The notes: generated from the letters alone by a model not told the origin. Counted from the first letter of the stretch, positions 50,483 to 63,855 are shown. The stretch: DNA of 64,000 bases from Octopus sinensis (GCF_006345805.1 NC_042998.1:18414001-18478000); one strand, 5' to 3'. Numbers and translations are program-made.

Positions 50483-51776
50483 CCCTGCCAACTGCTAATA
50501 ATTACCGCAAATTCTAATTAGAATATGTTGTAAACTCTTGTCTTATATCTTAATTAACATAAAACATTTCAATATAAAATATCCTATTTTCATTCAAGTT
50601 CAAGGAAATTGATGTGGATTATTTCCGGAAGATAGAATTATCTCCCCTGAAGTTCTATAAATATGAAAGAATATCAGATATATTGCGATTAATAGCAATT
50701 ATTGATATTACATTATTGCGAAAAATTGTGTACTTATACAATAAATTTGGAGTGACACATTAAAGCTAAAATTCTTTATGATTTTCTGCGAAGAATCGCG
50801 GAATAATACGAAACCTGCAGCATCAAATATCTTTCATCAGTCATCATATAGTAGGCACATAAATAGATAAAGTAATAGTTCTATTGTTACAATTATTGGT
50901 GTCACTAAGAATATTACTCTTAGTAGCAGTAGGAACATCAGCTGCAACAACAACAACGAAAACCGCAGTAAAGAAAACATCATCTGTACTACTGACAGCA
51001 GCAGACGAGTGGATTTTAAATTGAATTTGATTTTTATAAAATGGGGTTAATTGTCAATGAAATCGATATCTTCTATCACATTCCGTTTGATATTTGTGTA
51101 AACTAATGAAAAAAAATCACGCTCCACTACTTCACTGACCCAATTAATATGTGTTGCTTTGCTGTATATTCAGATTCTGGAACTCGCAGTGTGTTATTTA
51201 ATATTACAATAGCACAGTTGTTCATTGGGAAAATAATCGTTTAAAACGACACCCAAAATAGTTGCATACATTTATATCGGACCGCCTAAAATATACATTT
51301 CGTAGTATCAACCTGATGTAAATAATAAGAATAATTGTTCCCTTTATTAACCTAAGGCAGTAAAATACATATCGTATATGTGGGAGGCAGAAGAAATTAT
51401 CTTCTATTAACAAAATATCATTGTTTTCGTTTTTCTGCTTCGTAATTATACTGTTTTCCAGTATATATTTGCAGTATATACTGTTTTCCAGCATATAGTA
51501 GCTATGTAAGATACATTCATATAAATCTGCGAATAAGACGTAACTAAGATATCCCTCGTATATACGAGATTACTTATAAAATTACTTCCAAATTAAATAG
51601 CATATTTTTCTCTATTTTCAAAGCTTAAATTCGAATAGATTTTTTAAAAATCAAATAAAGGTACAATATAGCATATGATATGTTGTCGCAAATAGAACTG
51701 GATATAGTATCATATGCCATATGATTTAGATATTCATTAAATATTATTCAAACATATGCTAAATATAAACAAAGTA

Positions 51777-51777
<1 letters not shown>

Positions 51778-51814
<37 letters not shown>

Positions 51815-51885
51815 GTGTGTGTGTGCGTGTGTGTGTTATATATATATATATGTATATATATAAACGTATATATATATATATATAC

Positions 51886-51931
<46 letters not shown>

Positions 51932-52048
51932 TACATACATACACATATATATACATATATATAAAAATACATATATACATACATATATATATACATATAT
52001 ATATACATACACACACACACACATATATATATACATATATATATACAT

Positions 52049-52097
<49 letters not shown>
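51778..52097. repeat. CA/TA compound microsatellite
   Basis: Direct reading. Confidence 0.95.
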
Positions 52098-52100
<3 letters not shown>

Positions 52101-52127
52101 GATCTATTGCATTTTCCAGTACATTGT

Positions 52128-52322
52128 AAGGCGGCGTACTGGCAGGATGCTTAGCGGTATTTCGTTTGTCTTCCCTTTCGGAGATCAAATTCCGCCGAGG
52201 TCGCTTTTGCCCATCATCCTTTCGGTGTCGATAAGATAAATACCAGTTGAGAATTAGAAGGTTGATGCAATTGACTAGCTCCTCCCACCAAACATGCTGG
52301 CTTTGTACCACAATTTGAAATC
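52128..52322 (+). mobile_element. Diverged SINE family A (A2)
   Basis: aaggcggcg..ctggcag...caaattccgccgaggtcg...catcctttcggtgtcgataa. Confidence 0.8.
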
Positions 52323-54141
52323 CTTATTTCATTACTATAATTTTTCGAGCCTGCAATCAAAATTTTCGGTTTTCTGAATAACAAATTACTGCAAAGTCGA
52401 ATCGGTGAGCCTGTATGCGTCGTTCGATCAGATAAGAGTAGCAGCAGTGCTTAACTTGCCTCATAAGACTACCAACATTCAAACAGGAAAATATATTTTA
52501 GATAAAAACACGCTCCGATGTAAAAGAAGATGGCATGGTTAGCTGGATAAGTTGTGATCAGAATTCTGCTTGATCAAGTCAGGTCTAGCGCTGAACAACA
52601 CAACAAAAACGAATAAAGGAAAATTATTTGAAAACACCAGCTCTGATGTAGTTAAAGTGGAGATTGGATTTTCTTAACCGGAGCGCCTAGCAGATTTAAG
52701 ACCAGTTTAACCAAATATAACATCAGCTGCAACACCAGCAATGACCACAACAGTGAGACTTTCTGATTAATATTTTATTGAAATGATGTAATACCTTATC
52801 TAATATCATGCATGTGATATTAGATAATGCTTGAAATAAGTTCTCAACTATGGTCTGTTATATCCTGTTTGCTTATATTTAATTGATGCAGTTTATGGAC
52901 ACCAAAACTAATTTTGCAGAATATATATATATATATATATTCCTATAATACTCTATAGCATTTCATAGATAATATTTGAGAACATTAATGCTGGTTTTAT
53001 GTTGACCTTTCCCTTGAGAAACCTTGGCAAAGGTAAAACTCGTATTACGCAAATATTGACAAAATATAATGCAAAGGTCATATGCAAGCGTTCAAATGGT
53101 ATGATTGTATGAACAGAGAGTGTGTAGTTACAGGATTGTTTCCGATGCATTATAATTAAAGAAGGTATTTGAATAGAAATTAGAGACAAAAAAATTTGAC
53201 ATTACTTTTATGTCAATGAAAGAACAGAGACGGTTTACGGTATACAAAAAAAGGTATCTTTGAAATAAACACACACGAATGCACACGCATACACACATGT
53301 ACACGTGCACATGCATGCATTCACACACACGTACACACACCGAACAATTTAATAAAAAATATGCAAAAGTACACTTGGAAGTATTCAAACCCAGTTTAAT
53401 GCAGAATATTCCCTTCAAGTTCGCCATTAACAATTTCAGTCGCGTCAGCGTCAAATTCATATTCGTAACCGTCAGCCTCAAATACATCAATCTTGATTTT
53501 ATTTTCATCTTTCTTTATATTACAGCCATTTAAAAATACATTTAATATAATTTTATAATGTATGTTTAATGTAGTTAGTCAATGGATTATAGGACTCGTG
53601 TAAACCGACCTGAATATCACTGTTTATACAAGAATCCCATGAGTTGCAAAAATACGTATAACAACAGAAGTACATTAAATTAAATAATAAATCCTTTAAC
53701 AAATGTACACGCTCATATGAACTCAAAATTAACAATGTTTGTTGAGTAAACAATGCTCAGCATCTTTTAAGGTGTTTCCTCTATTTATGGTGGTGAAAGA
53801 AGGAGAGAAAAGATAAAAAACGAAAACGCTTGAAAACAGTAAATTTAAAGTTTCGTTTATTTATGTTTTTCTCTTTCGCGCTTACTCCCAGTTTCTCTGT
53901 CTATAGTAAGGCATTTGTGTATATTATCGGAATAATACGGCTGTTATGCAGCGCTAAATTTCCAAGAACGTAGAAACAGAGAACAACTGGTCAGTAATCA
54001 AATGACTCACGCAGCCGTTCCCTTCTTGTCCATTTCTGCCTACCATTCATATACATACATATATACATACATACATAATACAATAATCATACATACATGC
54101 ATACATACATTCGTACATACATACGTACATACATACATACA

Positions 54142-54174
<33 letters not shown>

Positions 54175-54464
54175 GCATACATACATACTTACATACATAC
54201 ATGCATACGTACATACATATATGCAATGAAAGCGGTAGAATTTAAATACTGGTGTCTTGATTGGGAGGCATGCTCTGAAACGATGCGGTTGGAAGATCAA
54301 TCCCAATGCATGGCACTGGGGCATTTGTTTCTAAACTGAGGTTAGACAATGCATGGTGAATGTAAACTGGGGAAAGGAAAGGCCAAAATATATGCGGCTG
54401 GGTGTATATGCCTGGGTGTCAGTACGTATGTGAAAGTGTGTATAATTGTACTCCGGACATACTG

Positions 54465-54780
54465 TGTGGGTAAGAAATTCATTTTTTCACCATATACCTT
54501 CATGTTTATTCACCGAATGCGGCATCTTGTGCAAGACGTTTCGAGTATAGTCTTCAACCAATTAATGTATTGCGATTCAATCTGGTAGAAGGAAACTGCA
54601 CGGAAACCCATTATATGTGTGTGTATGTAAGCGTTTGTCTCTTTGTTCGCAGTTGTTTCTCACTGCTTGGAAACGGTGTTAGTTTATTTATGTTCACAAT
54701 ATGTAGCGGTTAGCCATCCGGAGGTATAAAATGAATATCAGTTATTAAATTGAGTAATGAAATAGATCTACTCGTCGAAT
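54465..54780 (+). mobile_element. Very old family-C SINE
   Basis: Residual motifs ggtaagaa, tggtagaaggaaactg and tgtagcggtt in family order. Confidence 0.5.
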
Positions 54781-55828
54781 GAGTGAAAAAATTGAGAGAA
54801 AAAAAGAGCACCTTTACATATTCATATGCATGCATATATGTCAATGTGTGCCTGTTATCTATCCGTCTATCTATCTACGTGCACGCACACACAGAAATGT
54901 ATGTATACATGGATTTGAATGATCGGTGTAACTATGATGCTCTGGTGATCTGAAGAGCTAGCTTTCTTGAACTGCTCTGCATAGATTTGTGAATGCACAA
55001 ATCAATTGTATTGCATAGTGCGTAGCGAACATATAAGTGTAAACATGTAGACATGATTTATTACACACTAAACATTTATTACACACTAAAATTACTACAT
55101 GTAGGAAATAGCGAAACAGCCGTAACCGTAAGGAAGACAAATAGTTAAATAATATATATACCTCCCGTACATCCTAAAATTTTAAGCTTTACACATACAT
55201 AGACACGTACACACATACACACATACTCACATATTTATACACACCCAGATATATGTGTGTTTGCGTCTGTTTAAGCGTGTGAGTGTGTGCGGATGTATAT
55301 CCTGCTCACTCGTACGTATATATTTGTGCCACAAAGCTAACAACCATAATCACACAATGGAAGGCATCCATCCCTCCACATTTGACCTTCATCTGACGTG
55401 ACCCAAATTTCTTTCTGATCACATATATTATCAAAGGGTAAAAATAAAACAAAATATAATGTGCTATCTTTAGCAGTACATAAAAAAAAATACATACCGA
55501 TTAAAAAACACTCTATCATCAATTCATTTCTCAAATAAATCACGAGTTCAAAAGTTCAAGTTTTCATTCATAAGTTCAACATGTGTTCCACACAATACAT
55601 CGAGAATAAATCGCTGAAACAAAAATGCCATGCCGTTCCTTACAATGGAGAGGTGTTTAGTAAATTCTGAAATCTGTTTAATATTTTTTGAGACATAGAT
55701 ACTTGTTTAACTTGTGGAACAGCTACATTGATGAAGCTGCTTTCACTGTCACAAAGGGAGGGAGAAAAGAAAGTACATTTATATATATACGTATATGCAC
55801 ACACACTCACACACACACACACACACAC

Positions 55829-55945
55829 AGTTGAAATTTACAGAAAAACAAAAGACGAAGACAGCTGTATAAACAGCAAAAACGTGTATTAGTTTGACGC
55901 TCGGGATGGTGAGAAAGTCTGTTACATTTCGAGCCTGCGCTCTTT
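55829..55945 (-). mobile_element. Family F copy with the hammerhead 5' core deleted
   Basis: Retains GAGC(GCAG)GCTC-GAAA-TGTA-ACAG only. Confidence 0.7.
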
Positions 55946-56029
55946 AAAAATAAAAAGAAAAAAAGGAGGAACACCAGGAAATAAACAGAGTGAAAACGGA
56001 AAAGAAATCTCTTGAAGTTAGCGGTCTGA

Positions 56030-56985
56030 GAAATATGGTGACTGGAGAATGCTGTGCCTAGCCAAAACTACTGCTCAAGCTGCGTTGAATGGGCAGGTAC
56101 GTTGTCATCGTGCAATTCTCACCCATACAATTGTGGCCTTTTCCGACGAATAAAGTCGCACAAACGCTGAAAAACGTAACTGTAATACTCCTTCTTTACT
56201 GTCTGACCAGATGGAGCATACTCATGCTGAGTAATCCCCTTGTAGTCGCAGAAAACGGTCAACAGTGTCTTCACATTGCTTCAACTCGTTCGTCCTTTCT
56301 TCGGTCTCGGAGAGGTCGGGGTCTTCCACTGAGCCTTTGTTTCGGGGTCATAGCCATAGACCCACGATTCATCACCCGTTATGACCGTTTTGAAATAGTT
56401 TTCATCGTTCTCGACACAATCAAAGAGACCTTATGCAACTGGGACTCGAGATACTTTTTGGTCAGCTGAAGGCAATTTTAGCCAAAAATTGGCAGACATA
56501 TGTCTCATACCCAAATCTTCAGTGATAATGAACTGAACCGTAACTAATCTGCACATCCTCTGATAACTCACAGATGGTGATTCGACGACTTTCCCTCAGA
56601 TCTGCACGCACACAGCGTCGTTTTTCTGAGTTCTGCTCGTTGCGGGTCTCCCAGAATGTTCGTCGCTATCGATATTTTTCTAGCTCATACAATCCTCTCT
56701 ATACAGTTTCTGCAACGTTGCGTAGGCCGCTGAACAGGTATCACCAAGCTTTTGACAACATTTGAAGTAAATTCTCTGCTCAACTTTCTCTGTCATGTTC
56801 AAGGCGACGATCATACGCTACACACGTTCTTTCGAAGCACTGCTGCAAACAGCAGAAAGGAGCCAGAGCTTTGAAACTTAGTGCACATGCACAGCAGCGT
56901 TCAAGATCATTCTGCGCAAAGCGGCTTCACTCTACGTACTTCGTTACTATAGCAACAGTCCGGATACTTATTGATCAGATCACTA
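56030..56985 (-). mobile_element. Decayed mariner transposon (5' TIR and most of the transposase)
   Basis: MTEKVEQRI...ITGDESWVYGYDPETKAQWKTPTSPRPKK...HDDNVPAH, with stops and frameshifts. TIR ends in TA at 56984-85. Confidence 0.9.
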
Positions 56986-57086
56986 TGTATACTTGAGCTA
57001 TTTATAACTCTTAAACTAATTTCAGCTCGTGAGGGACTATATACATGTGTATGTGTGTGTATGTATGTATATATATGTATGCATAT

Positions 57087-57154
<68 letters not shown>

Positions 57155-57174
57155 GTGTATATATATATATATAT

Positions 57175-57208
<34 letters not shown>

Positions 57209-57709
57209 CTAGATCTACGCTTCGTATCATTCAATACATTACACAATGACCTTCCCTGCTCACATCTCTCAAATATCTCTGCGCGCACACACACACTTTT
57301 TAACTTCCGAAATATTCGGTAAACATTATTCTATGTGATAAATTATGTGATGCATAAAAGAATCAGTAATTTGCATTTTCATTAAATCATCTCAGAATTG
57401 ATATTATGGGTGATATATGCTAATTTGCATAGAATACGTCGTTTTCCTGATCTAAATGGTAACGAAATGGCTAAGTAAAGAGTACAGTGTTATTTAATTC
57501 ATATTTCGGTGAGACATTTAAAACGAAATAAGATCTTAATGATTGTTTGACAATTCCAGGAATTTCTGTTTAACATCTAAAATACTAGAAATAATGGGTC
57601 GTAATTTGACGCCTACACATACACATGTGGATGTAATAAACCTCATACACGACACATACGTACACGTGTATAATGAGGAGGAACGAAGCAAAATTATACG
57701 TTCACATAT

Positions 57710-58290
57710 AAGCCCCTCACACACACACAAACACACATACACATGTATACCTATACATAGTCACACTCACGTACGTACGCATGCACACACGGACAAACAC
57801 ACACGTACATTCACATATATACACATACGCATATTCACGTGTACGTATTCACATTAACGTAAACATGCACACACAGACACACATACACACAGACACACAT
57901 ACACACATACACACAGACACACATACACACAGACACACATACACACATACACACATACACACAGATGAACAAACACTCACATATTAACATACAGAAATAC
58001 ACTTATAGACGTATAGAAGCTCAGACTCACGAACATACGCATGCATACACGGACACACACATACACTAACACTCACAGATACACACGCAGACATATATAC
58101 ACGCAAACATACACTCACGTATGCACGCAGACAAGGACACACTAACACAAACACTGAAACATATACACACACACACAGACACATATACACCTAAGTACGT
58201 ATCCATAGTCCCTCTAACATGAACACACAGGCACTCACACAGGCTCTCACACAAACACACGTACACACACACACACACACACAGATACAG
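57710..58290. repeat. Degenerate CA-rich low-complexity tract
   Basis: Includes (acacagacacacatacac)-type units at 57870-57962. Confidence 0.88.
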
Positions 58291-58725
58291 AAGTACTCAC
58301 ATCATGATTCAGAGAGGTCATTACTCTTTAAGTGATATATAAAACTTTTCTTTCTCCGTTTATTGTCTTTTTATCTTCTTTCTATATTCTCGGTACTATC
58401 CTTGCTATTTAATTGTGAATATGTTTTGATAAACACATTGTTTTATATATTCTAGTAAAATGTCATTATTCCAATATTTCTGTTATTGCATGCAATTACT
58501 CGGACAAGCCTATTTTCAGCTACCCGCAGTATTCTCCTGAAATTCCTGAGCCGCAGTAGCCGATGGTGCAAATAGGAAAGTAGGGCTTCAAAATACATTT
58601 AAGGGACGACGTCGATAAAAAGGAACAGATAGAAAGTGTGAAGGACGGATGGAGAGATGGAAGGAGGAGAAGATAAAGCTGAAATGAGCTCGAGTGTCAG
58701 TTGAATATATATTAATACTAAAGTG

Positions 58726-59112
58726 TGGAGGCGCAATGGCCCAGTGGTTAGGGCAGCGGACTCGCGGTCATAGAATCGCGGTTTCGATTCCCAGACCGGG
58801 CGTTGTGAGTGTTTATTGAGCGAAAATACCTAAAAAGCTCCACGAGACTCCGGCAGGGGATGGTGGTGATCCCTGCTGTACTCTTTCACCACAACTTTCT
58901 CTCACTCTTACTTCCTGTTTCTGTTGTACCTGTATTTCAAAGGGCCGGCCTTGTCACTCTCTGTGTCACGCTGAATATCCCCGAGAACTACGTTAAGGGT
59001 ACACGTGTCTGTGGAGTGCTCAGCCACTTACACGTTAATTTCACGAGCAGGCTGTTCCGTTGATTCGGATCAACCGGAACCCTCATCGTCGTAACCGACG
59101 GAGTGCTTCCAC
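58726..59112 (+). mobile_element. SINE family B (head 1 + tail X)
   Basis: 12-bp TSD aatactaaagtg (58714-58725, 59113-59124). Confidence 0.95.
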
Positions 59113-59231
59113 AATACTAAAGTGACTTACAAATATTTGAAATCGGTTCAGAAATCTAATAAAACTATATATTAATAAATCTTTTCCAATATTACCAGTT
59201 TTGTAATTCGTTTCCCAAGTTATGCATATAT

Positions 59232-59445
59232 CGATTTCAAATTTTGGAACAAGGTCAGCAATTTCGTAGAAGGAGCTAAGTCAATTACATCGACTCCAAT
59301 TTCTAAATGGTACTTACTTTATCGACCCCGAAATGATGAAAGGCAAAACACGTCTCAGTGGAATTTAATTTCAGAACGTTGTAAAGACATACGAAATGCC
59401 GCTAAGCATTTTGCCCGAAATGTTAAGGAGTCTGCCAACGCCTCT
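59232..59445 (-). mobile_element. Diverged SINE family A (A2)
   Basis: ggtacttactttatcgaccccgaaatgatgaaaggcaaa. Confidence 0.78.
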
Positions 59446-59464
59446 GTCTTAATCTATGCTTATA

Positions 59465-59860
59465 TTGGTTTCAGATTTTGGCACAAGGCCAGCAACTTCA
59501 GGAGAGGGCACAAGTCGATTACAATGTGCTCAATTGATACTTAATTTATTAGCTCCGGAAAGAGGAGAGGGTAAGTCGACCTCGGCGGAATTTAAACTCA
59601 GAGCGTAACGGCAGACGAAATACCTATTTCTTTACTACCCACAAGGGGCTAAACACAGAGAGAACAAACAAGGACAGACAAACGGATTAAGTCGATTATA
59701 TCGACCCCAGTGTGTAACTGGTACTTATTTAATCGACCCCGAAAGGATGAAAGGCCAAGTCGTCCTCGGCGGAATTTGAACTCAGAACGTAGTGGCATAC
59801 CAAATGCCGCTAAGCATTTTGTTCGGCGTGCTAACAATTCTGCCTTGCAAATCGCCCTTA
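59465..59860 (-). mobile_element. SINE family A dimer (same junction as 38397/38398)
   Basis: Plus-strand gacgaaatac|ctatttc at 59623/59624. The second unit ends in an A2-type tail. Confidence 0.85.
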
Positions 59861-60695
59861 AGATACTTTATATTTTACCCAAATGAATACTAATGAGGCT
59901 GACCTATAATCACCGACATTTCCAAAATGTGATTTGTCTCTTATTTTTAGCCACAGGGCATTCATAACATCACTCTTTTATTTTTTTACCGCTGACGAGA
60001 TTTGCGGAAACTTTGGGTATTAATTCTAGCAGGAGGCATGACCATGGGTAGGCTCAACAGTATTTAAAATATAGTTAAATGAAATGATTACATATAATCA
60101 GTGTATCTCTTGGGTGGTAAGCGAACACCCAGTTAAGTCGATCAGCTGCAGCTCTTAGATAACATAATATAAATATACTACGGAAATATCTAATGATTAG
60201 ACAAAAACTGCTCATATTTTATAGAGGAGGAACTTCGTATTTTTTTAATACGTACAGATACACAGCTGATGGATTTGCCAAATTATTAGCCGAATAGATG
60301 AAGTAAGCTTTAATTCAATTCCAAGTTAAATTCAAGTCATGGAAAACACTAACCAGAGGCTGATATCTTGTTCATTGTAGATATTTTATAATTATATTAC
60401 CATAAGATTAAATTAAGTCTGATGTGTTTGTGCAATTTTAAACCAGCACGCTTGGCATTGTGTGTTTGTGTGTGTGTGCATGTATACACACAAACACATA
60501 TGTATATACATACATATATGTGTGTATGTGCGTATATATAGATATATATGTGTGTGTATATGTATATATATATATATATGTATGTGTGTGTACAGATGTA
60601 TACACGGACACATGTATAAACATACATATACATATATATGTATATATATATGTATGTATGCATGTATGTATGTGCATGTATGTATGTATGTATAT

Positions 60696-60875
60696 ACGGG
60701 GAGAATTCACACAAAAAAACGAAAACAAGTGGTGTAGACAGCAAACAGATGTTTAAATATAACGCTCGGGAAGTGAAAAAGTCTTTAATATTTCGAGCCT
60801 ACGCTCTTCCACAGAAATAACACAGAGAGAAACAAGAACAGAAACTAAAGAATGTGTAGTGGCTAGCCATCTATC
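60696..60875 (-). mobile_element. Family F copy
   Basis: Homologous to 25391-25589. Confidence 0.8.
60783..60818 (-). ncRNA. Hammerhead-like motif, U6 variant
   Basis: ATTT-CTGTGGA-A-GAGC(GTAG)GCTC-GAAA-TATT-AAAG. Stem III palindrome ATAT. Confidence 0.55.
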
Positions 60876-60897
60876 ATTGCGAATGCACAAGCGCGCG

Positions 60898-60943
<46 letters not shown>

Positions 60944-61804
60944 TGTGTGTATCTGTATGTGGATGGCATTTTCTCGCATAAACTCCAAACCACTTCCTTC
61001 TAAGTTCCTGCTCAATTCACAATTTCGAAATCATATTTTCTTCTGATCTTCAAAATTTCAAAATTAACATTCGTTTCAAACAAAGCATAGATATCTCTCA
61101 TCTGAATTTGATAAGCGCATTTTGTGTTTATCGCTTTTGCTATTTCTATTCAGAATAAATTTGAAAAACTTAACGATAACAAAATATATTAACTCATCTG
61201 CATTTCATTAGCATTGTCTCCATGAAATGTAAGCTTCATTCTACACCGAGTACACAGTCTGACTACGTAACGATATTGGGAATTGTAAAGTATTATGAAT
61301 TCTTATTCAGTTGGTTGATATTTTTTTCTTTATTTTCTACATTTTGAAGTGGATTTCTATTTCTATCAGCTTATCTATATCTATAAAATAATAAATAAAT
61401 TTTCTCTATGAATTAAATTTTTTTTTTCTTATGAAACTAAAATATCTCATTTAACAACAACTCGGTTGTGTCCAACTCGTAATATATGCGTTTGTATACA
61501 ATATATATAACAGAGGAGCTAAAGATCAATCGCGTTTTGCATTTACGTTGCTATAGAAACTACCACACGTTAAGTGATATTTGATAAAATTTTTTTTTCA
61601 TCTTCGATTTCACACGTGCATGATCATGTAAAAAATGTATTACCATATAACCACAGATAATAAGAATACCAAATATTAAAAATAAATGAAAACAGTAAAA
61701 ATTATGCCATCTTTCGGTTAAGTATTGACTTAACTAAACAAAGTTTTGCATCCATTGGATTATATCTAAATTGTTTTCCACTTTATAAATACACATTTGC
61801 TCAT

Positions 61805-62048
61805 TTACTTATTTCAGTCTTTTGACTGCGGCCATGCTCGAGCATCGCCTTTAGTCGAGCTAATCGACTCCAGGACTTATTCTTTAGAAGCCTTGTACTT
61901 ATTCTATCGGTCTCTTTTGCCGAACCGCTATTGTAACGGGGATGTAAACACACCACCATCGGTTATCAAGCGATGTTGGGGGACAAACACATACACACAA
62001 ACATATATACACACATACACATACATACATACATACATAATACATACA

Positions 62049-62084
<36 letters not shown>

Positions 62085-62098
62085 TATGTACATATATA

Positions 62099-62145
<47 letters not shown>

Positions 62146-62300
62146 GACGGGCTTCTTTCAGTTTCCGTCTGCCAAATCCACTCACAAGGCTTTGGTTGGC
62201 CCGAGGCTATAGTAGAAGGCAAGGTGTAACGCAGTGGAAATGAACCCGTAACCATGTGGTTGGTAAACAAGCTACTTACCACACAACTACTCCTGCACCT
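61805..62300 (-). mobile_element. SINE family C
   Basis: All modules, with an internal TACA/TA tract. Confidence 0.9.
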
Positions 62301-62389
62301 CACAGTCACTTCTGTGCCGTATAAAAACTAGCTGGTTCCAATAACGAAATAGTCTGGATATACAGTTATTTTTTATAGATTCTAATATA

Positions 62390-62570
62390 AGACGATGAAC
62401 TGGCAGAATCGTTAGTACGCCGAGCAAAATGCTTCCTTTCGATATGAGTTCAAGTTCTACCAAGGTCGACTTTTTCTTTCAACCTCTCGGATAAAATAGC
62501 CAATGCTTGAGTACTGGAGCCGATGTAATTGACTATTCTCCTCCTTCGAATTTTAAGCCTTGTAGAAAAG
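62390..62570 (+). mobile_element. Diverged SINE family A (A2)
   Basis: ctggcagaatcgttagtacgccgagcaaaatgctt...gagttcaagttc...ggtcgacttt. Confidence 0.72.
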
Positions 62571-62895
62571 AATATTTATAGATTCGAACTTTAATCAGAT
62601 TTATAATATGATAATATATCTTTAAGTTTGCGATGTATCAATACACAAAATTAAAGCGGCGTGCTGTCACACCGATACAATGCCGGACAAATTGCTTTCG
62701 GACTTCTATCGTGTTCTGGAGTAGGCGGTATACAAACATACACGCACATTTTTTCATGGTGTCTCATTGCATCCTATATAGTGAGTGTTCGCACAGCAGC
62801 TGGACACAGATTTGCGACGATACTTCATGGAGCGCTTTATTATAATACGTACATCTAATTGTACACGCTGGAAATACTATACACTCTCATTTATA

Positions 62896-63034
62896 TAGAT
62901 AGCCACTAGACCTTTTTTTTTTTAATTTTCTCTCCCTGTTTATTTCTGTGTTCGTTTCTGTCGAAGATCGTAGGCTCGAAACGTAAAATACTTTCTCACT
63001 TCCCGAGCGTTAAACTAATACATCTGTTTGTTGC
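62896..63034 (+). mobile_element. Family F copy
   Basis: Reverse complement of the other F copies. Confidence 0.8.
62954..62989 (+). ncRNA. Hammerhead-like motif, U6 variant
   Basis: GTTT-CTGTCGA-A-GATC(GTAG)GCTC-GAAA-CGTA-AAAT. Palindrome ACGT, GUA triplet. Confidence 0.6.
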
Positions 63035-63097
63035 TGGGGAGAGAGAAAACCAGGTCTTCCTTGATTGCAAATATGCTATAGCTTTATATACATATGT

Positions 63098-63185
<88 letters not shown>

Positions 63186-63200
63186 GTATATATACATATA

Positions 63201-63420
63201 CTCTCTTTTACTCTTTTACTTGTTTCAGTCATTTGACTGCGGCCATGCTGGAGTACGGCCTTTAATCGAGCAACTCGACCCCGGGACTTATTCTTTTGTA
63301 AGCCCAGTACTTATTCTATCGGTCGCTTTTGCCGAACCGCCAAGTAACGGGGACGTAAACACACCAGCATCGGTTGTCAAGCAATACTAGGGGGACAAGC
63401 ACAGGCACACAAACATACAC
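63201..63420 (-). mobile_element. SINE family C, 3' half
   Basis: Tail through the ggggacaa module; no head beyond the microsatellite. Confidence 0.88.
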
Positions 63421-63855
63421 GCACACACATATATAGATACATGTATGTATGTATGTATGTATGTATGTATGTATGTATGTATGTATGTATGTATGTATGT
63501 ATGTGTGTGTGTATGTGAATGTGTATGCATATGAATATATGTATGAGGATTGTTGGATTCTAAGAAATCTATCTCTATGTATATGCCACAAAGTCTCTTC
63601 TTTAAGATTCATCAAAGAATGTTTCGGAAAATCTAAAATGGTGAAGGCGTTTTACAAACGGCAGAACGCCTGGCATGTATTTAATCACGTCACTTTCAGT
63701 CAGAATCAGTTCCTCAGTTAAGAGTGATAAAATCTATAAAAATAAGTGCTTGTCGTATATCGAGGTCGCGGTAATTGATTCGAAATGCTTTCTCTGCAAA
63801 TTTGAGACGTTCTTCTAACATAATAAATCAATATTCATTTGCGTGTGTGTGTAGT

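Noticed and set aside
54530-54560. TTGAAGA...GAAACGTC on the minus strand
   Set aside because: No stem II or stem I pairing; it lies in a decayed family-C SINE and is explained by drift.
6367-55095. Small isolated duplications (14 bp near 6367/6391, 15 bp near 15320-15350, about 18 bp near 55058-55095)
   Set aside because: Ordinary slippage products with no further structure.
3100-59112. tRNA genes
   Set aside because: All A/B-box sequences are SINE heads that continue into SINE bodies, many with TSDs; no complete cloverleaf was seen.
59990-60025. CTGACGA...GGAAAC...GTA on the plus strand
   Set aside because: Stems I and II do not pair.
291-63721. Most ORFs in the supplied track (IYIY, CVCV, HTHT, IIII, LSLS types)
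   Set aside because: They are translations of microsatellites or SINE interiors that lack stop codons by composition.
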